This document shows, in pieces, positions 45,152-54,595 of a stretch of 64,000 nt of DNA (positions within the stretch are counted from its first letter, which is position 1; every line of letters begins with the position of its first letter). Both the position numbers and the translations under genes were made by a program. A model generated the notes under the pieces. That model was given only the letters and a program-made list of their open reading frames with translations, was not told where the DNA came from and did no database searches. Source of the DNA: an uncultured Lachnospiraceae bacterium (GTDB lineage Bacteria; Bacillota; Clostridia; Lachnospirales; Lachnospiraceae); assembly GCA_947591155.1 (NCBI GenBank), contig CANQDA010000002.1, positions 102,052 through 166,051 on the forward strand, written 5' to 3'.

Positions 45152-45759
45152 ATGCGGGAGAATCGTGCGTTTGGGGAAATGATGAAAGCAGCCAGGGAAT
45201 GGCTTGCGGACAGAGATCCGGTGGATATCGCAAAAAAGACCGGCATTGCTTACGATGAGGAGCCGAAGAGATTTTCGCTTATGAGCTTGGGCAGGGAAAT
45301 CAGTATCAGTTATCCGGATTATGAGATAGATCCGTGTATCAATGAATGGCATCAGCTAGTGATCCTGCATTATATGAAGCTGGCGGACGGTACGCCGCTG
45401 ACAGGACAGTGGATGACGATGGGCGCGGTGAAGGACGGTCTGATCCGGGGCGGAGATTTTGACCGGCGCTGTGAGGCGGTGATCCGCAGCCGCCTGAGCC
45501 AAATCCCGGAGGAAGAACTGGCGCGAAAATGCCGGGACCTCGGGGGGGGGGAAGAATAACAAAGAGCAATGCGGATTTTACCGTGCAGTTTGATTTTCTG
45601 CCGTATTACCCATCGCTGTTGAAACTGTGGTTTGCGGACGAAGAGTTTCCGGCGTCCGGGAAATTATTGCTGGATACCAGCGCAGATCATTATCTGATGA
45701 TCGAGGACGCGGTGAGCGTGGGACAGATCATCATGGAGGCGCTGGTGGGGATATTCTGA
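45152..45759 (+). pseudogene. DUF3786-like gene interrupted by a frameshift at a G10 homopolymer
   Basis: Frame A (45152-45559) stops 6 nt after the G run (45542-45551). Frame B continues ...ITKSNADFTVQFDFLPYYPSLLKLWFADEEFPASGKLLLDTSADHYL... to 45759. One extra G (or two fewer) would fuse the frames. Confidence 0.7.
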
Positions 45760-45783
45760 AGTTTGGTTTAGGAGGTGATCAAA

Positions 45784-46014
45784 ATGCGCCTGGAAAAATT
45801 GCAGGATTATCTGCGAGGGAAAGGCTGGAAATATTCCTACGCGGAGGAGGACGGCTGCGGGAGCATCGACTGGGAGCACAGAGGCCTTACATACCATGTA
45901 TGGGAATTCCCGGAGAACGGCGCGGAGAGCAATGTGAAAAACGTGGGAAAGATGGAAGATTATACCGGGGACTACGAGGCAGAGATCATAAAGATCATAG
46001 AAGGATGGGGATAA
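45784..46014 (+). CDS. Small hypothetical protein (76 aa)
   Basis: GGAGGTG lies 8 nt upstream of the ATG at 45784. Good codon appearance; no family recognised. Confidence 0.45.
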   Translation: MRLEKLQDYLRGKGWKYSYAEEDGCGSIDWEHRGLTYHVWEFPENGAESNVKNVGKMEDYTGDYEAEIIKIIEGWG

Positions 46015-46018
46015 AGAC

Positions 46019-46678
46019 TTGGCTGAGGGAAATGTACAGAAAGAGAAAACCGGCATAGGACATTGCGCGTGGGCGTTCTCAAGCGAGGCCGATCGTCTGT
46101 ATCATGATCAGGAGTGGGGCGTTCCGGTACATCACGACGATCGTCAGATGTTTGAGCATCTGACGCTGGAATGCCTGCAGTGCGGGCTGAGCTGGGGATT
46201 GATGCTTAAGAAACGGGAGATATTCCGCCAATGTTTCGATAACTTTGAATATGATAAAATCGCCTCTTACGGCGAGGACGACGTGCAGAGGATTCTGAAC
46301 ACGGAAGGAATGCTGAGATCCGAGCGAAAGGTGCGCGCGGTCATCAACAATGCGCGCTGTTATCGGAAAGTCCGTGAAGAGTTCGGAAGCTTCTGCGATT
46401 ACATCTGGGCACATTCCGGCGGAAAGACGATCCTGTACGACGGTCACGCCGACGGAGCGGTGCCGGTCAGCAACGGACTGTCCGAGCAGATCAGCAGGGA
46501 CATGAAAAAGCGGGGATTCCGTTTCATCGGCCCGATCACGATCTACTCGCATCTGCAGGCTTGCGGTGTCATCAACGATCATGCGAAGGGCTGTCCCTGC
46601 TATCGGAAGATCAACAAGGCGTACCCAACGGTGAAAATGAAACCGGATCGGGAAGTTGGACTACCGGATTCTAAATGA
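46019..46678 (+). CDS. tag: DNA-3-methyladenine glycosylase I
   Basis: CAWA...YHDQEWGVPVHDDRQMFEHLTLECLQCGLSWGLMLKKRE...FDNFEYDKIA are Tag signature blocks. The only in-frame start upstream of them is the TTG at 46019. Confidence 0.88.
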   Translation: MAEGNVQKEKTGIGHCAWAFSSEADRLYHDQEWGVPVHHDDRQMFEHLTLECLQCGLSWGLMLKKREIFRQCFDNFEYDKIASYGEDDVQRILNTEGMLRSERKVRAVINNARCYRKVREEFGSFCDYIWAHSGGKTILYDGHADGAVPVSNGLSEQISRDMKKRGFRFIGPITIYSHLQACGVINDHAKGCPCYRKINKAYPTVKMKPDREVGLPDSK

Positions 46679-46952
46679 TTCTTGTTCTGTAAATGTATTT
46701 ATGGTAATATAAGATCTGTAAATATTCTATATCTGAGAAAATGACAGTCTGACTGTCAGGGAGGAAATTACAAAAGTGCTGTTGATCATTGCTTTCACTC
46801 CATGCAAGGTTTGAGGACACTGCATGGGGGATGACGAGTCGGAAAGTTCGGAGATAAGATTCTGAAATCTGTTCCGCAGCTGTCCTCGGACTTTGCATCT
46901 TGATTTGTAACTGAAAAGGGAAACACCATATCAAATCAAAGGAGCAAAGTCA

Positions 46953-48311
46953 ATGATGAAAAAAGAAAATATAGAGAAAAATGTTGTCCAAAAAGACGAA
47001 GCAGGAAGGGAAGAAGCGAGGAAAGCCAGCGCTATGAGCCTCAGACCGTATCTGCTGCTCTGGAGCACGCAGTCGCTCTCGGAGCTCGGCAGCGGCATGA
47101 CAAGCTACGCGCTGGTGCTGTGGTTGTACTTGCGCACCGGCTCCGCGCTCGGGACCGCGCTTTTGTCGGTTTGCTCGTACGCGCCGTATGTGGCGATGAG
47201 CATTTTCGCAGGCGCGCTGAGTGATCGCTGGAACAAGAAACGCACGATGCTGGTCTGTGATCTGATCGCGGCGCTGAGCACGGTCGTCGTGTTCGGACTG
47301 ATTCGGACGGATCTGCTTGTCGCAGGGCACCTGTACGTTCTGAATGCGCTGAATGGATTGATGAACACGATCCAACAGCCTGCGAGCGAGGTGGCGGCAA
47401 CGCTTCTGGTGCCGAAGGAGTACTATCAGAAGACGAGCGGTCTTCGGTCTTTCTCGCAGTCGCTGACCTCGATCCTGACGCCGATCCTGGCGACGGCGCT
47501 CTTCGCGTTCGGAGGGATCGAAGTTGTGGTCATAGTTGATTTGGGCACGTTCGCGCTGGCGTTTCTGACGCTTTTGCTGTTCATCGAGGTGCCGGAGGAG
47601 AAGACACAGAAACAGGCGGAGGAGAAGCTGCTCACATCCGCAAGGGCGGGACTTGCGTGGCTGAGGCACAATCCGCTGATCATGCACCTGATCCTGTTCC
47701 TTGCGGCGATCAATCTGGTGGCGTCCATGTACGACGCGGCGCTTCCAGCGATGTTGCTGTCCAAGCCGAACGGCGGCGAGACGGTGCTCGGACTTGTCAA
47801 TACCTGTGTCGGGAGCGCGACGCTCTTGGGCAGCGTACTTGTCACGTTTCTCCCGGCTCCGAAAAACCGGGTGCGTGTGATCTGCCTCACGCTCTTTCTT
47901 TCGATGAGCACGGAAAATTTTCTGCTCGCGCTCGGACGCACGCCGCTTGTCTGGTGCATCGGAGCGGTGCTCGGCTGGATCGTGATCCCGCTGATGAACG
48001 CGAATATGGATGTGATCTTCCGCAGTTCGATACCGGTCGATATGCAGGGGCGCGTCTATTCCTGCCGAAACACGCTACAGTTTTTCACGATACCGGCAGG
48101 CTTTCTGGCGGGCGGTTTTCTGGTCGACAAGGTCTTCGAGCCTCTAATGGCGGCGCAGACGGACGGCGATCTGCTGATCCTCTTCGGATCGGGAAAGGGT
48201 TCCGGCGCGGCGTGCCTGTTCTTCGTGATCGGCATCGTCGGGGTGGCGATCTGTATGATCTTCAGCGCAAGGCTGCGAAACTATGAGTGGCGGGAGACGG
48301 AGGAAGTATAG
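46953..48311 (+). CDS. MFS transporter (EntS/macrolide-efflux-like, MFS_3 type)
   Basis: 12 predicted TM helices. FAGALSDRWNKKRTM is the MFS loop 2-3 motif. Confidence 0.85.
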   Translation: MMKKENIEKNVVQKDEAGREEARKASAMSLRPYLLLWSTQSLSELGSGMTSYALVLWLYLRTGSALGTALLSVCSYAPYVAMSIFAGALSDRWNKKRTMLVCDLIAALSTVVVFGLIRTDLLVAGHLYVLNALNGLMNTIQQPASEVAATLLVPKEYYQKTSGLRSFSQSLTSILTPILATALFAFGGIEVVVIVDLGTFALAFLTLLLFIEVPEEKTQKQAEEKLLTSARAGLAWLRHNPLIMHLILFLAAINLVASMYDAALPAMLLSKPNGGETVLGLVNTCVGSATLLGSVLVTFLPAPKNRVRVICLTLFLSMSTENFLLALGRTPLVWCIGAVLGWIVIPLMNANMDVIFRSSIPVDMQGRVYSCRNTLQFFTIPAGFLAGGFLVDKVFEPLMAAQTDGDLLILFGSGKGSGAACLFFVIGIVGVAICMIFSARLRNYEWRETEEV

Positions 48312-48381
48312 CTGACAAGAAGTATGCCAGTATAAATATATGAAGCTATGCATTGTTTTGAAAGTGCTGAATTTTATTCGG

Positions 48382-48414
48382 CCGGGGAAGAGGGAGAACT
48401 TCTTCCCCGGTTTT
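48382..48414 (+). terminator. Rho-independent terminator after the MFS gene
   Basis: CCGGGGAAGA-gggagaact-TCTTCCCCGG followed by TTTT. Confidence 0.85.
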
Positions 48415-48496
48415 CCGTTGTCTGAGAAAATATATCTTTGCACAGAATCTGTTTTACTATATAATGATACTTAAAGTGAATACAGGAGAGAGTATC

Positions 48497-49108
48497 ATGA
48501 TTTCAGATGCGGTTCGGGTCGAAATAGACAGAACAATCAAAAGCGTTTGGTTAAATGAGATATGTTCGGATTATGCCGAGGGTAAGCTGATCAAGGAAGC
48601 CAGTCTGCAATGCAGTTTGTATCATCATCTTCAAGAGAAACTTTCGAAACAGCTGCGGCAACATAACCTTTTCGTTTATCCTGAGTTTTATTTCAGGGAA
48701 TTAAAATATTTTGCGGATCTGGCGATCGTACAGATGGATATGTCTCTTAACACCAGCTTTTTGGGAGACAGAGTGACTGATGTCGCAGCTGTGATCGAAC
48801 TCAAATATGATGGCGGATATGCGAAGTCTACGTCTGAATACATAAGGTCTGATATCCCAAAATTGAAGGAATATATAAAGAATCTGCCCTATAATGCGCA
48901 GTATTATTTTGGAGTGATTTTTGAAGCAGAATGCTGGTGGTTGAACTGGGCGGACGGGCGAGCGTCAAACAGTTGGGCCAAGGGATACCTGACAGAATTG
49001 AATGCAGGTTATCTGGACGAAAAGATGTTTTTTGAAATTAATTCCTATAATGGAATGAATGACCAGAACATGAGAACGGAATGTGAGATAAAATGGCAGA
49101 GCGCCTGA
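48497..49108 (+). CDS. Hypothetical protein with PD-(D/E)xK-like motif
   Basis: ...YFADLAIVQ...(about 25 aa)...AAVIELKYD resembles the D...(E)xK core of restriction-endonuclease-fold proteins. GGAGAG RBS before the ATG at 48497. AT-richer than its flanks. Confidence 0.4.
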   Translation: MISDAVRVEIDRTIKSVWLNEICSDYAEGKLIKEASLQCSLYHHLQEKLSKQLRQHNLFVYPEFYFRELKYFADLAIVQMDMSLNTSFLGDRVTDVAAVIELKYDGGYAKSTSEYIRSDIPKLKEYIKNLPYNAQYYFGVIFEAECWWLNWADGRASNSWAKGYLTELNAGYLDEKMFFEINSYNGMNDQNMRTECEIKWQSA

Positions 49109-49165
49109 AGGATCAGTGTGTCACGGTTCCGGTGCTTTGAGTGCTGAGGATGAGGAGGTGCTTTT

Positions 49166-49561
49166 TTGAGCGATTCTTATACGCCGCCTTTTACAATGAC
49201 GGACGAGATAACAAATCTGGTAATCGAGATTGGCGAGCAGGTCGGCGCAGTTGTAACCTATGATATATTACAGTCCAATCCGAAGCTGCATCGGGCAAGC
49301 AGGATCCGGTCGATCCATTCATCCCTTGTCATTGAACAGAATACGCTGACATTGGAGCAGGTAACGGACGTGATCAATGGCAAAACAGTACTCGGACCGC
49401 CTCAGGGTATCAGGCAGGATAGCAGATTAACAGCCAAAACATTGGCGGCCACACTTGGCATGACAGACAGACAAGTGGAAAGAATTTTGGCTAAACTGAA
49501 AGCAGACGGGAGATTAGTTCGACATGGAGCGAGCAAAAACGGGTACTGGGAAGTTGTGTGA
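49166..49561 (+). pseudogene. Fic-family gene remnant: N-terminal (Fic_N/alpha-inh) region fused in frame to C-terminal wHTH, catalytic core missing
   Basis: YTPPFTMTDEITNLVIEIGE...HRASRIRSIHSSLVIEQNTLTLEQVTDVINGKTVLGPPQ matches Fic N-terminal regions. It then runs directly into ...LAATLGMTDRQVERILAKLKADGRLVRHGASKNGYWEV (wHTH tail). There is no HPFxxGNGR motif. Confidence 0.65.
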
Positions 49562-49622
49562 AGAATATGGTCAACGCATATGAAAAAGCGAGCACTGTGA
49601 GATTATTGGAGGCTATGATCAG

Positions 49623-50888
49623 GTGAGAGACTTGGAACTGTATCTGCATATCCCATTTTGTGTTCGGAAATGCGCGTACTGTGATTTTTTGTCTGCTCCG
49701 GCCGACCGGGAACAGCAGGAGGCGTATCTGCGGGCATTAAAACGGGAAATAGAATCGTTTCCGGACAAGGAGGCGTATCAGGTCAGCTCGGTCTTTTTGG
49801 GAGGAGGGACGCCGTCGATTTTGTCGGGGAAGTGGATCGCGGAGCTGATGGAGCTTTTGTTCCGGGAGTTTCGGCTGGAACCGGATGCGGAGATTACGAT
49901 CGAATGCAATCCGGGGACGGCGGACGCCGGGAAGCTGCGGATCTACCGGGAGGTCGGGATCAACCGGCTCAGCCTGGGACTGCAGTCGGCGGACGATCGG
50001 GAGCTCGCTCTGCTCGGGCGCATCCATACGTGGACGGATTTCCTGCGAACCTATGAGGCGGTGCGGGAGGAGGGCTTTGTGAACATCAATGTTGATTTAA
50101 TGTCGGCATTGCCGGGGCAGACGGTGCAGTCGTGGGAGCGGACGCTTGCGCAGGTGCTTGCGCTTGCGCCGGAGCATATTTCCGCGTACAGTCTGATTAT
50201 AGAAGAGGGGACATCTTTTTACGAGCGTTACCATGACGACGCTGTCCTGAGGGAACGCGGGGAACCGCCGCGGGAACTCCCATCGGAGGAGGAAGAGCGG
50301 GAAATGTACCGGATCACGGAGCAGATGCTTGCGGCGGCCGGGATGCAGCGCTACGAGATTTCCAACTATGCGTTGCCCGGATATGAGTGCCGCCACAACA
50401 TCGGCTATTGGACCGGCGTAGAGTACGCAGGTTTCGGACTCGGGGCGTCGTCGCTGCTAGGACTGAGTCGAAAGCCTTACCATGATCATTGCGATAAAGG
50501 ATCTGAAATGAGCGGGCATGCACAGGGCAAAAAGCAGGTGTCACCGGCGTCCGGGTCAGAGCAGGCAGAATGTGGATTTACACGCTTCCGAAACCCGGAA
50601 AATATGCAGGCGTATCTGGACGGAGATTTTTCCGGGCGGGAGATCACACCGCTCTCCCCCAATGACAGAATGGAAGAGTTTATGTTTCTGGGGCTGCGCA
50701 TGACGAAGGGCATATCGGAACGTGAATTTCAGAAGCGATTCGGAAATTCAGTCGAGGAGGTATATGGCGGAGTATTGAAGAGACATTGCGCCGACGGTCT
50801 GCTGAAGCGTGAGGGGGACAGGATTGCCCTGACCGCGCGCGGTCTGGATCTGAGCAATACTGTGATGGCGGACTTTCTGCTGGAATGA
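49623..50888 (+). CDS. hemW: Radical SAM heme chaperone HemW (HemN-like, oxygen-independent coproporphyrinogen-III oxidase family)
   Basis: LYLHIPFCVRKCAYCDF (CxxxCxxC), GGGTPS, and the HemN_C-like tail. GTG start behind GGAGG. Confidence 0.9.
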   Translation: MRDLELYLHIPFCVRKCAYCDFLSAPADREQQEAYLRALKREIESFPDKEAYQVSSVFLGGGTPSILSGKWIAELMELLFREFRLEPDAEITIECNPGTADAGKLRIYREVGINRLSLGLQSADDRELALLGRIHTWTDFLRTYEAVREEGFVNINVDLMSALPGQTVQSWERTLAQVLALAPEHISAYSLIIEEGTSFYERYHDDAVLRERGEPPRELPSEEEEREMYRITEQMLAAAGMQRYEISNYALPGYECRHNIGYWTGVEYAGFGLGASSLLGLSRKPYHDHCDKGSEMSGHAQGKKQVSPASGSEQAECGFTRFRNPENMQAYLDGDFSGREITPLSPNDRMEEFMFLGLRMTKGISEREFQKRFGNSVEEVYGGVLKRHCADGLLKREGDRIALTARGLDLSNTVMADFLLE

Positions 50889-51098
50889 CAGCGCGGTATT
50901 CGGAATAAACTCGATATGAGTGTAAGAAGGGAAAAAGCAAAAACCCTGTCAGAGAAGACAGTGGGTAAGAGAACAGAGAAAAGAATGGGAATAGAAATAG
51001 AAAATAACGGATGATAGCGGAGAACAACAAATAAAGGTAACAAAATAAAAGAACTGAAAAATAATGAAAGACAACAGGAAGAACAGGAGGCAGGAGAA

Positions 51099-52544
51099 AT
51101 GAAAGTATTACAGGGATTGGAACCGCAAAACGTCTTTGACTTCTTTGAACAGATCTGCGCGATTCCACACACGTCGCGCCGCGAGAAGAAGCTGAGCGAT
51201 TTCTGCGTGGCGTTTGCGAAGGAGCGCGGACTGGCGCACACGCAGGACGAGATGGGAAATGTGATCATCGTCAAGGAGGCAACGCCCGGCTATGAGGATG
51301 TGGAGCCGCTGGTGATCCAAGGACATCTCGACATGGTAGGGGACAAGACAGCGGAGTGCAAGATTGATCTGGAGAAGGACGGACTGCAGCTGAGGGTAGA
51401 TGGAGATTATATCAGCGCGGATTGCACGACGCTGGGCGGCGACGACGGGATCGCGATCGCGTATGCGCTGGCGATTCTGGACGCGAATGATCTTCCGCAT
51501 CCTCGCATCGAGGCGGTGATGACGGTGAGCGAGGAGATCGGGCTGCTCGGAGCAACGGCGATCGATCTGTCTATATGCAAAGGGAGACGTCTGCTGAACA
51601 TCGATTCGGAGGTGGAGGGAGTTCTGACGACCGGCTGTGCCGGTGGAAGAAGCGCGTACTGCCGGATTCCGGTGAAGCGAGTGAAACGGCAGGGGATCTG
51701 TGTACAACTGAGTCTGGAAGGTTTGCTGGGCGGACATTCCGGGACGGAGATCGACAAGGGCCGCGCGAACGCGTGTGTGGAGCTGGGAAGATTCCTCAGA
51801 ATGCTGCGGGAGAAGGCGGAGTACGGTATGGCGGAATTCTCCGGTGGGGTCAAGGACAATGTGATCCCGAAGAGTGCCTGCGCGAAGCTGGTGATCGGAC
51901 AGGAAGCGATGGGTATCTTGAAAGAGACTGCGGCAGAGTTTGAAAAGCAGATGAAAGCGGAGTACGGCACCGCGGATCCGGATATTTGCCTTATTGTAAA
52001 GGAGCAGGGTCAATGCGAACTGCAGGTGCTGGAGGAAGACTCGCTCGACCTCGTGCTTGACGCTCTAAATCTGATGCCGAACGGCGTACAGTCCATGAGC
52101 GCAGATCTGCCGAGTCTGGTGGAGACGTCCATAAATATGGGGACGGCAGAACTCAAAGCGGAGGAACTGTCGTTGAACGAGTCGATCCGCAGCTCTGTGA
52201 CGTCGGCAAAGGAGCAGATGGCGCGCAAGGTGCGAAGGCTTATCGATCGACTCGGCGGAAGCGTGGAATTTTCCGGCGATTACCCGGCGTGGCCGTACGC
52301 GAAGGATTCGAAACTGCGCGAGATCTGCGTGGAGCTCTTCGAGAAGCAGTACGGCAGGAGACCGGAGGTGACGGTGATCCACGCGGGTCTGGAGTGCGGG
52401 ATCCTCTCCGACAAAATTCCGGGACTGGACTGCGTCTCGCTTGGCCCGGATCTCCTCGACATCCACACTCCGCAGGAGCGCATGTCGATCTCGTCCGTCG
52501 CCCGAACTTGGGAATATCTGAAAGCGATTCTTGCATACAAGTAA
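51099..52544 (+). CDS. pepD: Aminoacyl-histidine dipeptidase (PepD, M20C)
   Basis: LEPQNVFDFFEQICAIPHTSRREKKLSDF...GNVIIVKEATPGYE...LVIQGHLDMV...TLGGDDGIA are PepD signature blocks. Confidence 0.9.
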   Translation: MKVLQGLEPQNVFDFFEQICAIPHTSRREKKLSDFCVAFAKERGLAHTQDEMGNVIIVKEATPGYEDVEPLVIQGHLDMVGDKTAECKIDLEKDGLQLRVDGDYISADCTTLGGDDGIAIAYALAILDANDLPHPRIEAVMTVSEEIGLLGATAIDLSICKGRRLLNIDSEVEGVLTTGCAGGRSAYCRIPVKRVKRQGICVQLSLEGLLGGHSGTEIDKGRANACVELGRFLRMLREKAEYGMAEFSGGVKDNVIPKSACAKLVIGQEAMGILKETAAEFEKQMKAEYGTADPDICLIVKEQGQCELQVLEEDSLDLVLDALNLMPNGVQSMSADLPSLVETSINMGTAELKAEELSLNESIRSSVTSAKEQMARKVRRLIDRLGGSVEFSGDYPAWPYAKDSKLREICVELFEKQYGRRPEVTVIHAGLECGILSDKIPGLDCVSLGPDLLDIHTPQERMSISSVARTWEYLKAILAYK

Positions 52545-52588
52545 GACAGATTCCTGTTTAGTGAATTAAAACGGATGTCCGATGTTTG

Positions 52589-53689
52589 TTAAACAGGAAT
52601 ATACCGTATCTTCCCCGCCTCAATCCCCTTGATCCCGAGCCCGGGTTCATCGGAGACGGTGATCTGTTTCTCGTCGAAGGCGGCGCCGCCAAGGATGGGA
52701 TCCTCGCTGCAAAGCATCGGACCGTCCAGATCGATCTTCGTGATGATCTTCTTCGCGCAGGCGAGATGGACGGCCGCGTTCACGCTGATCTTAGCTTCCA
52801 GCATACAGCCGATCATACACTCGACGCCGTAGACCTCTGCCGCGGAGGCGATCTTCAGGGCGTTGTAGAGGCCGCCGCACTTCATGAGCTTGATGTTGAC
52901 GAGATCAGCGGCTCCCATCTGCATGATCTTCAGGGCGTCGGCGGGAGAGAAGACGCTCTCATCCGCGAGCACCGGCACATAGGAGTGTTCCGTCACATAT
53001 TTCAGTCCGTCGAAATCATGGGCTATGACCGGCTGCTCGACAAACTCGATGTCCAGCCCGCGCTCCTGCATGCCGTTAAGGATGCGGACGGCCTCTTTCG
53101 CCGTCCAGCCCTGGTTGGCGTCAATGCGGATGCAGGTCTTGGCCGGAACCGCCTGCCGGATCGCCGAGAGCCGTGCGATATCCTTCTCCGGCTCTTTTCC
53201 GACCTTTACCTTCAGACAGTCATAGCCGCGCTCGATCGCGTTCTGCGCGTCGCGCGCCATCTCGTCCGGATCGTTGACGCTGATCGTGATATCTGTGACG
53301 ATCGATTTCCGCGCGCCGCCCATCAGCTTATACACCGGGATATGATAGAGCTGTCCGTACAGATCCCAGAGCGCCATGTCGACGGCGGCCTTTGCGCTGG
53401 CGTTCTTGAGAATGCAGCCCTGCAGAGCGATCATCAGATCCTCGAAGTCGTCGACATCGCGGCCGATCAAGGCCTTCTTCACATGGTCGTTCACGGCTCC
53501 GATGATCGCGCCGGTCGTGTCCCCTGTGATGACGCCGGTCGGCGGCGCCTCGCCGTATCCGATCGCGCCGCTGTCCGTGTGGATCTCCACGACGACGTCC
53601 TCGACGCTGTTCACGGAGCGCAGGGCCGTCTTGAACGGCACACGCAGAGGAACCGAGATCATTCCGAGACGAATATCTGTAATTTTCAT
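52589..53689 (-). CDS. Dipeptide epimerase (L-Ala-D/L-Glu epimerase type, enolase superfamily)
   Basis: MKITDIRLGMISVPLRVPFKTALRSV..., KVKVG, RIDANQGW, VEQP, ADESV, LVNIKLMKCGG are MLE/dipeptide-epimerase motifs. Start set at the Met behind GGAGG. Confidence 0.85.
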   Translation of the reverse strand: MKITDIRLGMISVPLRVPFKTALRSVNSVEDVVVEIHTDSGAIGYGEAPPTGVITGDTTGAIIGAVNDHVKKALIGRDVDDFEDLMIALQGCILKNASAKAAVDMALWDLYGQLYHIPVYKLMGGARKSIVTDITISVNDPDEMARDAQNAIERGYDCLKVKVGKEPEKDIARLSAIRQAVPAKTCIRIDANQGWTAKEAVRILNGMQERGLDIEFVEQPVIAHDFDGLKYVTEHSYVPVLADESVFSPADALKIMQMGAADLVNIKLMKCGGLYNALKIASAAEVYGVECMIGCMLEAKISVNAAVHLACAKKIITKIDLDGPMLCSEDPILGGAAFDEKQITVSDEPGLGIKGIEAGKIRYIPV

Positions 53690-53839
53690 GTGCGTACCTC
53701 CTTTCAGGAAAGAACGGAAACAACACCGATTTTCATCATAATTCGTGAAAATAATATGATCACCGGACCGCGGCAAACAAAAAGCACAGATGCAAAGTGT
53801 ACGCACACGCATCTGTGTTTTGTTTATTGTCGTCTGTTG

Positions 53840-54595
53840 TTATTGTTCTTTTGCGGCGATCTGCCGGATCGCGTAATCATAGATGAAGCGATAGTCATCC
53901 TGAGAGTAGTGCACGCCGTCGATCGTCTGAATCTCGGCTGCCTTGATCTGCGTGTAGCTGTCGATGTAGCTGTCCGGAGACAGTCGGCGCAGATGGTCGT
54001 TGAAATCGGCGATCTCCTCATTTGTGATGTTCTCGCAGAGCTCCGGGTCGATTGGATTGACCGCCAGAAAATAGAAATGCTTGTCCGGATACTCCTCGAA
54101 CAACTTCTCATAAAGCGCAAGATAATTCTCCATGTTGTCGTAATCGTTGACACCGAAGTTGAACACGATCACGGAATCCGGATGCTCCTCGATTGCGCTT
54201 CTCATCTCGTCCAGGCCGGTCTCGACGAACCAGTCGTAGCCCTCGCCGGCCGCACCTATGTATACGTCGCTGTTGGCGACGGCCTTCTGCATGCCGAGCG
54301 TCCGGGAATCGCCGACCCAGATCACAGACGGCACCGGGCCGGAAAACTCAGGATTTGAAAATGAAAAACCTGCGGCGTCCTGCGAAGTCTGCGCCTCTGT
54401 TATCGTTTCGGTATCTTCTTCCGCTGCTGTCTCCCTAAGTGCCGAGATGGCAGCTTCCGCCTCGGACTCGGTCTTTTGTCCTTGGGAGGGAAGCAGCTGG
54501 TCGCGACATTGCCAGGTCAGGTATCCCGCGAGCGTACACAGCGCGACGATGCCCAGAACCGCGAAGACAATGCCTGCAACAGTTCCTCGCTTCAT
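53840..54595 (-). CDS. Membrane-anchored SGNH/GDSL-like hydrolase
   Basis: N-terminal TM helix, then VIWVGDSRTLG (block I), FNFGVNDY (block III), IDGVHYS (block V). Confidence 0.7.
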   Translation of the reverse strand: MKRGTVAGIVFAVLGIVALCTLAGYLTWQCRDQLLPSQGQKTESEAEAAISALRETAAEEDTETITEAQTSQDAAGFSFSNPEFSGPVPSVIWVGDSRTLGMQKAVANSDVYIGAAGEGYDWFVETGLDEMRSAIEEHPDSVIVFNFGVNDYDNMENYLALYEKLFEEYPDKHFYFLAVNPIDPELCENITNEEIADFNDHLRRLSPDSYIDSYTQIKAAEIQTIDGVHYSQDDYRFIYDYAIRQIAAKEQ

